The notes under the pieces: model-generated
What the model was told of the DNA's origin: nothing
Seen by the model: only the letters and a program-made list of their open reading frames with translations
Databases searched by the model: none
Program-made: the position numbers and the translations under genes
Part shown: in pieces, positions 38,020-50,039 of the stretch
How the letters are laid out: every line of letters begins with the position of its first letter
How positions within the stretch are numbered: position 1 is the stretch's first letter
NCBI RefSeq assembly: GCF_963921235.1
Contig: NC_086097.1
Coordinates: forward strand, 22,880,001 to 22,944,000
Direction of reading: 5' to 3'
DNA length: 64,000 nucleotides
From: Mobula hypostoma
Lineage: Eukaryota

Positions 38020-40125
38020 CCCCGCCCCACTAAGGAGCACCAGACCATTGTCTCCCACACCATCACCAACTTCATCAGCTCAAGGGATCTCCCATCCACT
38101 GCTCCCAACCTTATAGTTCCCACACCTCGTACTTCCCGTTTCTACCTCCTACCCAAGATCCACAAACCTGCCTGTCCAGGTTGACCCATTGTCTCAGCTT
38201 GATCCTGCCCCACCAAACTCATTTCTGCATACCTCAACACTGTTTTATCCCCCCTTGTTCAATCCCTTCCCACCTATGTTCGTGAATCTTCTCCGCTCTG
38301 AATCTTTTCAATGATTTTAAGTTCCCTGGCCCCCACTGCTTTATTTTCACCATGGATGTCCAGTCCCTATACTGTATATCTCCACCCCCCACCAAGAAGG
38401 TCTCAAAGCTCTCCACTTCTTTTTGGAATCCAGACCTAATCAGATCTACCACCACTCTGCTTTGTCTAGCGGAATTAGTCCTTACTCTTAATAATTTCTC
38501 CTTTAGCTCCACCCACTTCCTCCAAACTAAAGGTGTAGTCATGGGCTCCCATATTGGTCCCAGCCATGCCTGCCTTTCTGTTGGCTTTGCGGAACAATCC
38601 ATGTTCCAAGCCTATACTGGTACCTGTCCCCCACTTTTCCTTCGCTGTATCGATGACTGCATTGGCGCTGCTTCCTGCACGCATGCTGAGCTCGTTGACT
38701 TCATTAACTTTGCCTCCAACTTTCACCCTAACCTCAAGTTTACCTGGTCAATTTCCGACACCTCCCTCCCCTTTCTTGATCTTTCTGTCTCTATCTCTGG
38801 AGACAGCTTATCTGCTGATGTCTACTATAAGCCTACGGACTCTCACAGCTATCTGGACTATTCCACTTCCCACCCTGCCTCTTGCAAAAATGCCATCCCC
38901 GTCTTGCAATTCCTCCGTCTCTGCCTCATCTGCTCTCAGGATGAGGCTTTTCATTCCAGGATGAAGGAGATGTCCTCCTTTTTTAAAGAAAGGAACTTCC
39001 CTTCCTCCACCATCAACTCTGCTCTCAAACGCATCTCTCCAATTTCACGCACATCTGCTCTCACCCCATCCTCCCACCACCCCACTAGAAATAGGGTTCC
39101 CCTTGTCCTCACCTACCACCCCACCAGCCTCCGGGTCCAACGTATAATTCTTGTAACTTCCGCCACCTCCAACGGAATCCCACCACTAAGCACATCTTTC
39201 CCTCCCCCCCCCACTGCTTTCCGCAGGGATCGCTCCCTACACGACCCCCTTGTCCATTCGTCCCCCCCATCCCTCCCCACCGATCTCCCTCCTGGCACTT
39301 ATCCTTGTAAGTGGAACAAGTGCTACACATGCCCTTACACTTCCTCCCTCACCAGCATTCAGGGCCCCAGACAGTCCTTCCAGGTGAGGCGACACTTCAC
39401 CTGTGAGTCAGCTGGGTGATATACTGCGTCCGGTGCTCCTGATGCGGCCTTCTATATATTGGCGAGACCCGATGCAGGCTGGGAGACCGTTTCGCTGAAC
39501 ACCTACGCTCTGTCTGCCAGAGAAAGCAGGATCTCCTACTGGCCACACATTTTAATTCCACGTCCCATTCCCGTTCTGATATGTCTATCCACGGCCTCCT
39601 CTACTGTCAGGATGAAGCCACATTCAGGTTGGAGGAATAATGCCTTATATTCTGTCTGGGTAGCCTCCAGCCTGATGACATGAACATTGACTTCTCTAAC
39701 TTCCATTAATGCCCCACCTCCCCTTCGTACCCTATCCCTTATTTGTTTGTTTGTTTATTTATTTATCCCCCCCTTTTTTCCCCTCTCCTTTTTCTCCCTC
39801 TGTCCCTCTCACTATAACTCCTTGCCCATCCTCTGGGCTCCCCTCCCCCTTTCTTTCTCCCTAGGCCACCCATCCCATGATCCTCTCCCTTCTCCAGCCT
39901 CGTATCCCTTTTGCCAATCAACTTTCCAGCTCTTAGCTCCCTCCCTCCCCCTCCTGTCTTCTCCTATCATTTCGGATCTCCCCCTCCCCCTCCCACTTTC
40001 AAATCTCTTACTATCTCTTCTTTCAGTTAGTCCTGACGAAGGGTCTCGGCCTGAAACGTCAACTGTACCTCTTCCTATAGATGCTGCCTAGCCTGCTGCA
40101 TTCACCAGCGTTTTTTCTGTGTGTT
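38020..40125 (+). mobile_element. Penelope-like retroelement (Neptune-type): RT, Cys linker, GIY-YIG endonuclease and pLTR; 5'-truncated, frameshifted
   Basis: 'FYLLPKIHKP', 'MDVQSLY', 'QTKGVVMGS', 'LRCIDD', 'PFLDL', 'YYKPTDSHSYLDY', 'CKWNKCYTC', then 'VIYCVRCS*CGLLYIGETRCRLGDRFAEH'. Confidence 0.92.
40028..40065 (+). ncRNA. Minimal type-I hammerhead ribozyme motif in the Penelope pLTR
   Basis: agtc-CTGACGA-agg...cct-GAAA-CGTC-aact; palindromic ACGT stem III; C.A mismatch at the base of stem I. Confidence 0.65.
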
Positions 40126-41019
40126 TCTCCAAGCAACATTTGTTTTCCAAAATATGAGACCATAAGACCAGAAGAAAGAGGCCATTCAGCCCATTGCGTC
40201 TGTCCACCATTCCATTATTTATTTAGAGTACAGAGTAGGCCCTCCCAGCCCTTTGGGTCATACTGCACCGCAAGCACCTGATTTACTCCCAACCTAATCA
40301 CTGGACAATTTACAAAGACCAAATAACCTACCATCTGGTACATCTTTGGACTGTGAGAGGAAACCAGAGCATCCGGAGGAAACCCACACAGTCACAGGGA
40401 GAACGTGCAAACTCCTGAAAGGCATCAGCAGGAATTGAACCCTGGTTGCCTGTACTGTAAAGCATTGTGTTAACCACTGCGCTACTGTGGCGCTGATTCA
40501 TGGCTGATTCAGCATCCCTCTCAACCCCATTCTCCTGCCTTCTCCTCGTAACTTTTGACATCCTTACTAAGCAAGAACCTATCAACTTCCACTTCAAATT
40601 TACCCAATAACCTGGCATCCACAGCCAACTATGGCAATGAATACCACAGATTTACCAACTCTGACTAAAGAAATCGCTTCTAATCTCTGTATTCAAACCA
40701 GATTCCCTCACTATAGGAACCATACCCTCCTGATCCATGCTATCTAGGCCTTTCAATATTCAATAGGTTTCACTGAGGTCAACCACCTCCTTCTTGTTCT
40801 TCTAAACTCCAGTAAGTACAGGGAAGGAATGAGAAATAGTTTTTCTTTTCTCTCTGCTTGCTTATTCAATGATATTTTACAATGAAATATTATTGCTTGA
40901 AAATTGGGGCACATCGTGGATGCTGTTTTGCAGTTGTACGTATGATGAGCTTTGTTTCTAAAGCATTCACATTTATTTCGCTTGGAAATCTGATTCATTA
41001 TGAAATTGGACTTACACCT

Positions 41020-41470
41020 CCCGGATGCTGCCTGGATTGGAGAGCGTGTCTTATGGAGAAGAGTTGAACGAATTTAGTCTTTTCTCTTTGGAGCGAAGGA
41101 GGATGAGAAATGACAAAATAGAGGTTCGTAAGATGATAGGAGGCATGGATAGAGCAGACAGATGGCACCTTTCTCCCCAGGGTGTAAATAGCTAATATGA
41201 AAGGGCATAATATTTAGGAATGTGTGGGGAGGATATCAGAGGTAGGTTATTTATACAGAGAGTGGTGGTTGTGTGGACTGCTAGACATGGAGGTAGAATC
41301 TGATATATTTGGAATATTTAAGAAACTCTTAAATCGGCCCATGGATGAAAGAAAAATTGAGAGCTCAGCGGGAGGGAAGTGTAAGTTTGATCTTGGAGTA
41401 GTTTAAAAGGTTGGCACATTTTTTTGGGGCCAAAGGCCCTGTACTGTGCTGCAGTGTTCTATGTTCTCTG
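41020..41470 (+). mobile_element. CR1 LINE 3' fragment
   Basis: 'ggatgctgcctggattggagagc...' to 'gggccctgtactgtgctgcagtgttctatgttct'. Confidence 0.8.
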
Positions 41471-41684
41471 TTTTGGCCACAAAACCTTTTTGATGAGTGT
41501 TTTGTGTCCTTCCAGTGTGAATTTGGAAGATTTGATGGTCTTTTCCAGTACTTTGAGGAGCCTGCTGCTGGGTATCCATTTCTCTACATGTGAGGATCAT
41601 TGAAGCTCTAATAATTACTGTAGTACCCCATAGGCTGTGTCTGGCTTTCCTGTACCAAAGTCGTCAGGCTGCTCCATATTCCTG

Positions 41685-42176
41685 GTATTTGCACAGTACT
41701 GTATTTGTCAATGTGGAGCGGAGGGCGAGTTTGTAAATCCAGCAGGAGCAAAGGATTTTGGGAATAGCAAGGGTGGAGCGCCACAGGAGGGGTGTGGGAC
41801 AGATGGCAGAGAAGGAGTGCTGTGGGAGGGGGATGGAGTGGGTGCAGACACACCCATCCCTGAGACACCAGGCAAGGTCATTTGATTCCAAACAACTGGT
41901 TTATTGATCATTACAGAATGTCTCTCTGGTGCTTCCCACTCCCTCCCCTCTCCCTTCCCCTTTTCCCAACCATGATTCCCCTCTCCCTGCCCCTTCCCAT
42001 TCTCAGTCCACAATAGAGACCCATATCAGAATCAGGTTTATTGTCACTTACATAGGTCATGATTTATTTTTGTTTTGCAACTGTACAGTGCAATACATAA
42101 AATTACAACAGTAGAGTGGAAAGTCCTGGGTACCCTAGCGATATATATGTGCCTAAGAATTTTGCAGCTATTGTAC
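41685..42176. mobile_element. Composite Tc1-type non-autonomous element (probable)
   Basis: TIR-like 'tttgcacagtactg|ta' at left; degenerate palindromic mini-unit at 42108-42176; interior holds a Rex1-type tail fragment. Confidence 0.45.
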
Positions 42177-42539
42177 ATCTTTGGGATAGATTTCACTGAG
42201 TTCCCCCACCTCCTCCTCATTCTTCTAAACTCCAATAAGGACAGGCGAGGAATGAGGAATAGTTTTCTTTTTCTCTCTGCTTGCTTGTTCAGTGATATTC
42301 TACAGTGAAATATTATTGCTTGAAAATTGGGGCACATCGTGGATGCTCTTTTGCAGTTGAAGCTCAATGTCACTAGCACAGGTGGCATAGTGGTTATTGT
42401 AACACATTACAGTGCTAGTGAACAGCAATTGGATTCATTTCACTCTACTGTCTCTTAGGAGTTTGTCGTTCTCCTTCTGACTGTGTGGGTTTTGTCCTGG
42501 TGCTCTCGTTTCCACCCAAATTACAAAGATGTGCAGGTT

Positions 42540-43146
42540 ATAGATTTCATAGATTTCATAGAATAGTACAGCACAGTACAGGCCCTTTGGCCCACAATGT
42601 TGTGCCGACCCTCAAACCCTGCCTCCTATATAAGCCCCCACCTTAAATTCCTCCATATACCTGTCTAGTAGCCTCTTAAACTTCACTAGTGCCTCCACCA
42701 CTGACTCAGGTAGTGCATTCCACACACCAACCACTCTCTGAGTAAAAAACCTTCCTCTAATATCCCCCTTGAACTTCCCACCACTTATCTTAAAGCCATG
42801 TCCTCTTGTATTGAGCAGTGGTGCCCTGGGGAAGAGGTGCTGGCTATCCACTCTATCTATTCCTCTTATTATCTTGTACACCTCTATCATGTCTCCTCTC
42901 ATCCTCCTTCTCTCCAAAGAGTAAAGCCCTAGCTCCCTTAATCTCTGATCATAATGCATACTTTCTAAACCAGGCAGCATCCTGGTAAATCTCCTCTGTA
43001 CCCTTTCCAATGCTTCCACATCCTTCCTGTAGTGAGGCGACCAGAACTGGACACAGTACTCCAAGTGTGGCTTAACCAGAGTTTTATAGAGCTGCATCAT
43101 TACATCGCGACTCTTAAACTCTATCCCTCGACTTATGAAAGCTAAA
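42540..43146 (-). mobile_element. Young CR1 LINE inserted in a V-SINE
   Basis: ORF 42612..43229 'LAFISRGIEFKS...LYKTLVKPHLEYCVQFWSPHYRKD...FFTQRVVGVWNALP'; (ctatgaaat)n tail; SINE halves at 42383-42540 and 43147 onward. Confidence 0.93.
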
Positions 43147-43229
43147 TTAGGGTAGTAAATTGTCAGCTTGCCAGAATCATAGTGACACCCTGGGCTGCCC
43201 TCATCACATCCCTGGCCTGTATTGGTCAT

Positions 43230-43850
43230 TGATGTATATGACAGATTTCACTTTATCTTTCCATGTTGCATTGTACACAAATATATTAAAAAATATATAA
43301 CTTTTTAAAAAACTTATAAAAAAACTAAAAACCCGCAATAAATATATAAGCAATCCTATCAAATACAATGCACAAGTAGCTGATTGTATGTACATAAAGT
43401 GACACTAGGTGATGTGTTTGTTGTGGTGGTGGGGGTTGATGGGGTGGGTTAATGGATGGCGTTGCTAATTAGTCTGATGGCTTGGGATTGTATCTGTTTT
43501 TGAGTCTAGTGGCCCGGCATGGATGCTGTGTAGCCTTCTCCCTGTTGAGAGTGGGACAAACAGACTACGATCAGGGTGGCTGGGCTCCTTCATGATATAG
43601 CTGCATTTTTTTCCAGCATCTTTCTGTATATATGTCCTAAATGGCAGGTAGACTGGTGCCAGTGATGTGACAGGTAGTTTTAAGTGCCCGTTGAAGCATC
43701 CTCCTGTCTGCAGCAATGCCGTTTCCATACCACTCAGTGATGTAGCATGTTAGGATGTGCTCAATTGCGCATCTGTAGAAAGTCATATGTATTGATGCAC
43801 ATAGAGAAGCTCTCTTTAATCTCCTCAGAAAGTAGAGGCATTGTTGATCG
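43230..43850 (-). mobile_element. Rex1/Babar-type LINE 3' fragment
   Basis: 'IMKEPSHPDRSLFVPLSTGRRL'. Confidence 0.75.
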
Positions 43851-43879
43851 CTACTATTCTTCAGCCACTAGGGAAAACA

Positions 43880-44745
43880 AACAAATACGAAATCCTGGAA
43901 GAACTCAGCAGTTCAGGCAGCATCTATGGAGGGGAATGAACGGTCAACATTTCAAGCTGAGATTCTTCATCAGGACTGAAGAGGAAGGAGGACACAGTGG
44001 AAGTAAAAAGGTGGCAGAAGGGAAAAAGGTATCAGCTGGGATGTGATAGGTGAAAGTAGGTGAGAGGGAAGAAGGGTGGGTAGAGCAGGGGAATGAAGTA
44101 AGAAGCTGAATCGTGCCTAAAAACCCACACTCAGTGTTTCAGGAAAGGCTTCTTCCCCTCTGCCATCCGATTCCTAAATGGACACTGAACCCTTGGACAC
44201 TACCTCACTTTTTTTAATGTACAGTACTTATGTTTCTTGCACAATTTTTAATCTATTCAATATACATATAGTGTAATTGATTTATTTATTTTTTATTATT
44301 ATTATTTTTCTTCTTCTATATAATGTATTGCATTGAACTACTGCTGCTAGGTTAACAAATTTCACGTCACATGCCAGTGATAATAAACCTGCTTCTGATT
44401 CTGATTCTGGTGATAGGTGGAAGAGATAAGGGGCTGAAGAAGGAGGAACTGGACAGGAGAGAACAGTGTACCGTGGGAGTAAGAGGAGGAGAAAGGGCAC
44501 CAGAGGGAGGTGATGGGCAGGTGAGGAGAGGTGAAGGGGTTAAGAGGGTGACGAGAATGAGGAATTGAAAAACAGAAAAGGAGGAAAGGTAAGAAGTTAT
44601 CGGGTTAGATAAATAGATGTTCATACCATCAGGAGGAGAGGTAAGAAGTTATCGGGTTAGATAAATGGATGTTCATACCATCAGGTAGGAGGCTAACCAA
44701 ATGGAATGTGAACTGTTGCTTCTCAAACCCGAGATTGGTCTCTGT
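43880..44745 (-). mobile_element. Penelope-like 3' fragment with nested plus-strand Rex1 tail (44115-44408) and a 52-bp tandem duplication
   Basis: pLTR and purine-rich tract resume after (tctgat)n at 44409. Confidence 0.75.
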
Positions 44746-45169
44746 ATCTTTTAATGCTTTTCCACTCTGTCTTTATTTAATTCCTACCTGGATGTTGTTT
44801 CATAAGCCACACAAATGAAAACTAAATTCTAATCTTCTTATGCCTTAGGACTAATCCTAAATGAAAGTTCCAATAGTGTTTTGGTTCAATTTATTTCACT
44901 GCATTGTGTTTATAAACAACTGGTGTAGTTTTCAGACATCCTATTTTCCTCAAAGACAATGACCCTCTAAATAGAAGTAAATTAAATAACCCCATGCATC
45001 CCACTGTCTAGAGATGGTGGGCATTTTGTAAAAATCTACTTACTAAAAACAGGCAATGCATTTGATTTTTTTTTGTGTATGCTTTTGCATTAGTTTCTTT
45101 GCACGTCTGCAGCAAAATGGATTGGTGGTGCAATGATGTTCACAGAAAAGATATTGAACAGAGAGCATG

Positions 45170-45700
45170 GACATTTCAGCACAACACATGTGCAATCTAA
45201 CCTTTCCCTCTTAGTTAATCCTCTATTTTTCTGTCATCCAGGTGCTTTTCTCAGACTTTCTTAAATCCCTAATGTTTTTCCATCTCCTACCACCCGTCGC
45301 AGGGGGACCTCACATTTGCCACTTACTGTATAAAGAATTTACCTCTGCCATTCACCCATACGCTTTCTCCCAATCACCGTAAAATTATACCCTCTTGTAT
45401 TAGTCATTCTGCCCTGGGAAAAAGTCTTTAGCTATCTATGGCTTATTATCTTGTATAACTGTATCAACTCACTTCTCATCTTCCTTCAGAGAGAGGAGCC
45501 CTGGCTCGCTCAACCTATTGTCATATGGCATTCCCTCTATACCAGGCGGATTGATGGTAAATCCCCTCTGCAACTTCTCTAAAGTTTCCACATTCTTCCT
45601 ATAATGAGGTGACCAGAACTGAACAGAATATTACAAGTCTGGTCTAACCAAGGTTTTAAAGAGTTGCAGTATTACTTCACAGCTCTTGAACTCAATCCCC
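45170..45700 (-). mobile_element. CR1 LINE 3' fragment
   Basis: 'ttcctataatgaggtgaccagaactgaacagaatatt' corresponds to YSVQFWSPHYR on minus. Confidence 0.8.
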
Positions 45701-45704
45701 CAAC

Positions 45705-45733
45705 TAATAATAATAATAATAATAATAATAATA
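45705..45733. repeat. (AAT)n microsatellite
   Basis: About 9 AAT units. Confidence 0.9.
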
Positions 45734-47960
45734 GTATTTCAATTTTATCTTTATTTAGTTTTAGGAAATTATTGCTCATCCAGTTGTTTATTACAATCAT
45801 ACCAGAAGTCAGAGAAGATTGGGTGTTATCATCATCAGCCTCAACTGAAATGTACAATTATATCTCATCTGTTTAACTGTGGAAATCAAGTTTATTCTCC
45901 CTAATGATGTCTCCTGAGAGGGGCATGCATAAGAATAAGGGTAGGGAACCAATTCAACTTCCCTAAGCAACACCGAAAGGAGCATTGGATCTCTGAGAAA
46001 ATTGGTTTCCAAGATAGACAAAAATTTGTCTCTAAGGCATATGAACAAAACCAATTAAAGGCACTACCAGAGAGGCCAACCCAGTTCTCAAGGGAACCTA
46101 GGAGAATGTTGTGGTCAATTATTTTGAAGGCAGCACTTAGTTCTAGAAGAACTAGAACTGAGATTCTGTTGGCATCAGTGCTGAGACTAAGGTCACTGAC
46201 AGGTTTAGTAAAGGTTGTCTCCGTGCTGTGGTTTGCTCTAAAGCCTGACTGAAATTCTTCTAGGATATTGCTGTCATTCAGAAAGTTGAGTTTGTTAAAA
46301 ATAACTTTGTCAAGAATATTGTCCAGGAAGGAAAGATTTGATATAGGCCTGTTGTTAGCTAGGAAACATTATCAACATTTGGCTTTTTAAGCAGTGGTTT
46401 GACAGTGGTCATTTGGAAGTCATCTGGAAAAACTCTAGTTTCAAGGGATGTGTTAATGATTTTCCAATCAGAATTGAGAAGACTATTAAAAGAGTCCTTA
46501 AAAAGTGCAGTAAGGGCAGGGTTGAAACTCTTCGTTACAATCTTACTGAGTTCTGAATGGGAAATACGGTGGATTCAGGTTAATTGGGACACTTCAGGAT
46601 CGGTACATTTTTACCCAATTAGCCAAAGTTTCATAGAAATAGTTATAAATGTATAATAAGACAAATTACCATTGAACAGAGTCACAAATTATGTATTTAA
46701 ATGAAATATAGAAGAAATTGGAAGACTAACGATACTACTACAGTACTATAAAACTGTAGTTCTGAATAGTTATTAATGGAGGAATTCGTCCTGTGTATGT
46801 TGCTGTGTTCTTTTGATTGACTATAAATAACCAAAATCAGCACAGACACCTAGTATAGATAATGGACTGCCTTCATACAATGTTTCTGATGATTGCATCC
46901 TCAAAATCTTCATTTTCATAGTAACATTCAAGGTGATTGTTAATACCTTCAAATTTGTCATAGTTCCTAACTTGTTGAAGTAGTGGAATTGTTTTATTTT
47001 TTTTCTTCCAGCCATTTCTAGCATCTCCAAGCCTGAATGCTAGAAAACCCAGTAAGCAAAACAGTTCTGAATTGTTTTACTGCTTATTTGTTGCCAACTA
47101 TCAGTGACAACAATCACTGCTTTTTGAACACAATCACATGCAACTGACGCTACTTAAAAACTATTTGCTTTAAGAACAATGTAGTGTTTAACAGCCACAC
47201 AAGTGCACATGATTGATATTAGTTAGAAAATACTGCAACAGTCCCCTGTCTCTATTAAGGAGCATAGTGTCCCAAATAAGCAAAGGGAGTACTGGCTATT
47301 TCTCAATTTGCTTTTGTTCTTTAAGAGTTATCCAAAATAAATGGCTGTCCTGATTAATTGGCGGTCCAATTAACTGGAATCCATTGTACTTGCCATCTCC
47401 TTCTAAAGTTGGCTATACAGGTTACCAACATCTGAAGTTATACTCTAAATAATGGAAGTAATTTTGTTGATTAAAAAAAGTATTGTGAATTCCTCACATT
47501 TTGTGGCAGATGCTTGATTGAGAGCATTATAGGTTGGGGCAGGGTTGAATGGTCGATTTGTAGTTGAGAACAATATACTTGTATCACCACTATTCTCTAT
47601 CATAATTTTGGAAAAATTGACTCCTCTTCCAAAGCGTATAGCAGCATTAAAAGAGGATAATTTTTATTTGAAAATATGATGGTGGACTTCTCGTCCAGTT
47701 TTCCTCCATTTTCTTTGAGCTACTCTACATGATGTCTTGAGTTCGCAGATAGAATTGTTTCACCATGGTGCTGTTTTACTAACAGATTTCTTTTTAACCC
47801 TACATGGAGCCATTGTGTTTGATATATTTGTCAAATTATTGCTGAAATAATCAAGCATTTCATTTACTGAGCAGTTTAGGTCACATGCATCAGAAAACTG
47901 GCCAGCTCAGAGAAATTAACTTGCGTTCAGTATCAAGAAACCGTTTTTAACTAATGTGGT
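45734..47960 (-). mobile_element. Old L2-clade LINE, ORF2 RT region, split by a MITE
   Basis: Minus-strand remnants 'NRPISNLSFL', 'FQSGFRANHSTET', 'VLVLLELSAAFKIIDHNIL', 'NNWMSNNFLKLNKDKIE', and upstream 'QRKWRKT'. Confidence 0.8.
46567..47386. mobile_element. pogo/Tigger-type non-autonomous element
   Basis: TA|CGGTGGATTCAGGTTAATTGG...CCAATTAACTGGAATCCATTG|TA imperfect TIRs. Confidence 0.8.
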
Positions 47961-48380
47961 CAACGTACTGTACCGTTCATCTTCTTAATGTACTGAATAT
48001 GTGAGTTATTATTTCGCCCCATTTCTTACTTCTCTTGCACGTGTGGATGAAAATTCTGCAGCCGTAAAAAATTCTGAAGCCCAGATTGGGGTCTGATTAC
48101 TGGCTCATAAACAGATGGATGCACAAAAATGCAAAACAATCGATTTTAGAGGATTCCCAAGCTCAGGGTAATTGGTTTGTTGTAACATAATATACAGGTC
48201 CACAACCTCATGTGAAATATACTTCCTCTAACCAAATAATTTTTAGCAATTGTGGCCTGTGCCATGGCCTTTGTAGTGCCTCAGCTGGTGTTAGGTATTA
48301 ACCATTTGTCGGGGGAGGGGATCAGGTGTTGTTATTTTTTTTTCTGTGGGGGAGAAAGTTAGGGATTGTACAAACGTATT

Positions 48381-48946
48381 TGTAACCCTCAGATTCGGCG
48401 GGTGGTGTTAGTCTAGGGAAGACAGTCTCTGGCCCTGCCAAACGTGTGAAATTTGAGGTGCCAAACCTCTTATTTGTGTGGATGCTGTGTGATCTGTTCC
48501 CCCATTACAAATCAGTACCACGGAATAGCAAGCAGTACACCATATGCAATTAAACGATCTAGCTCTTTAATTCTTAATTTGACTGAAGGGTTGGTAAAGA
48601 AAAACAAAAAGAAAAGGGCCCATTTTAATGAAACAGTCTAACGTGCACATTGGAGCTCACGGTTTCCCTTCCATCGATTTCCCCGGGCTTCATTGACTCA
48701 AGGCCCCACTACAAGTCCACTCTGCCCTGCTGTCTACGAGTTCTCCTTTCTGACGTCTTCTCTCTTCATCTCTCACCAAACCAAAGATCCAAATCACCTC
48801 GTTCTCAGGCACACAACAAGAAAAAAAACACTCCCTTCATTGGATGGCGCGCATTCCAAAGCCCCTGTTATCTCTAGCCATAACCCAAACATTGCTGCTA
48901 CAGAAAAACCATTACATTAGCAGTGAAACCTTTCCCAGGTATTACA
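48381..48946 (-). mobile_element. Solo LTR (ERV/Gypsy-like)
   Basis: TGTAA...TTACA termini; flanks TATT/TATA (4-bp TSD, one mismatch); orientation tentative. Confidence 0.7.
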
Positions 48947-49029
48947 TATAGTTGCTGGGTTTTTTTCTGCAGAGAAAGGGGTGGGGGATTCTGGGGTCTA
49001 CAAATTTTGTTTCTTTTACTTTTTCCTGT

Positions 49030-49137
49030 GTATTTCTTGGCTATCTGAAGAAGACAAATATCAGAGTTGTATTGTACATGCATAATTTGACAATAACAGG
49101 AATCTTGAACCTTGAACCTTGAACCTTGAACCTTGAA
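49030..49137 (+). mobile_element. LINE/SINE 3' tail ending in (TTGAACC)n
   Basis: 'acaaatatcagagttgtattgtacatgcat...caataa' followed by 4-5 heptamer units. Confidence 0.65.
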
Positions 49138-49489
49138 TTCTGGCCACTCAGCCAGACCATACAGGATTCTAAGTATTGGATTTGAGTTGGGATCATTTTG
49201 AATAAATTTGAGTTGATTGGTCTAAACTGACTCTTAATAAAAGCATGCACAAATGCACTGAATAAATGTATTACTATAAAATAAACATGTTATTGCATAA
49301 TAGTATGTGCAAATGAGAGATGTACAAGACAATACAGACTATGTTTATACTCAAACTCATCACTAGAACCAGGTGTTCAAAGTTGCTGTTCCATTGAGAG
49401 ATTTTATATGTGTTAGGTTCCAGAATGCCTGAATGTTCAGACCAGATTGTGTATGGAATAAACATACAATCTGAGTTAAGGGCAAATAT

Positions 49490-49815
49490 TAAAGATTAGC
49501 TGTTTTTGTCACATGTTCATCAAAACATACAGTGAAATGCGTTATTTCTGTCATCAACCAACACAGTCCAAGGATGTGCTGGGGGCAGTCCGCAAGTGTT
49601 ACCACGCTTCTGGCACCGGCATAGTATGCCCACAACTTACTAACCCCAACTCGCGTATATTTTTGGGAAGAGGAGTAAACTGGAGCACCTACAGTAAACC
49701 CACGCGGTCACTGGGAGAACGTATGAATCCCTTACAGTTAACAGTGGGAATTGAACTCGTTCAGTGATCTCTGGTTCTGTATAGTAGAGCGTTAACCGCC
49801 ATACTGCTGTGCTCC
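49490..49815 (-). mobile_element. V-SINE with 'aagctaatcttt'-type tail
   Basis: Same organisation as 5128-5552. Confidence 0.8.
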
Positions 49816-50039
49816 TCTATCTTTATGCTACATGCCGTTATGCAACGTAGGCCTCTATCAATTATGAAGTCCATCAAAGCAAACATTTAAATCAACCATA
49901 TCTTCTGCATGTCCTTTCCCATCTGTACAGACAATGGTTTACTCTGCATTCTTGGACCAATCACTGGGCATTCATTTACATTCAGTAAACAGATCCAGAT
50001 ATAACAGTGCTGTTCAATATTTATTCCCCATTCCTCTTC

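Larger units (their letters stand above)
40763..42359 (+). repeat. 174-bp local direct duplication (40763-40936 and 42186-42359)
   Basis: Both copies carry the same CR1/unique junction and 'tgaaatattattgcttgaaaattggggcacatcgtggatgct'. Confidence 0.9.

Noticed and set aside
36945..40125. Single inverted Penelope insertion made of the minus and plus fragments
   Set aside because: Separated by ~440 bp of unrelated sequence and their terminal sequences differ, so probably independent insertions.
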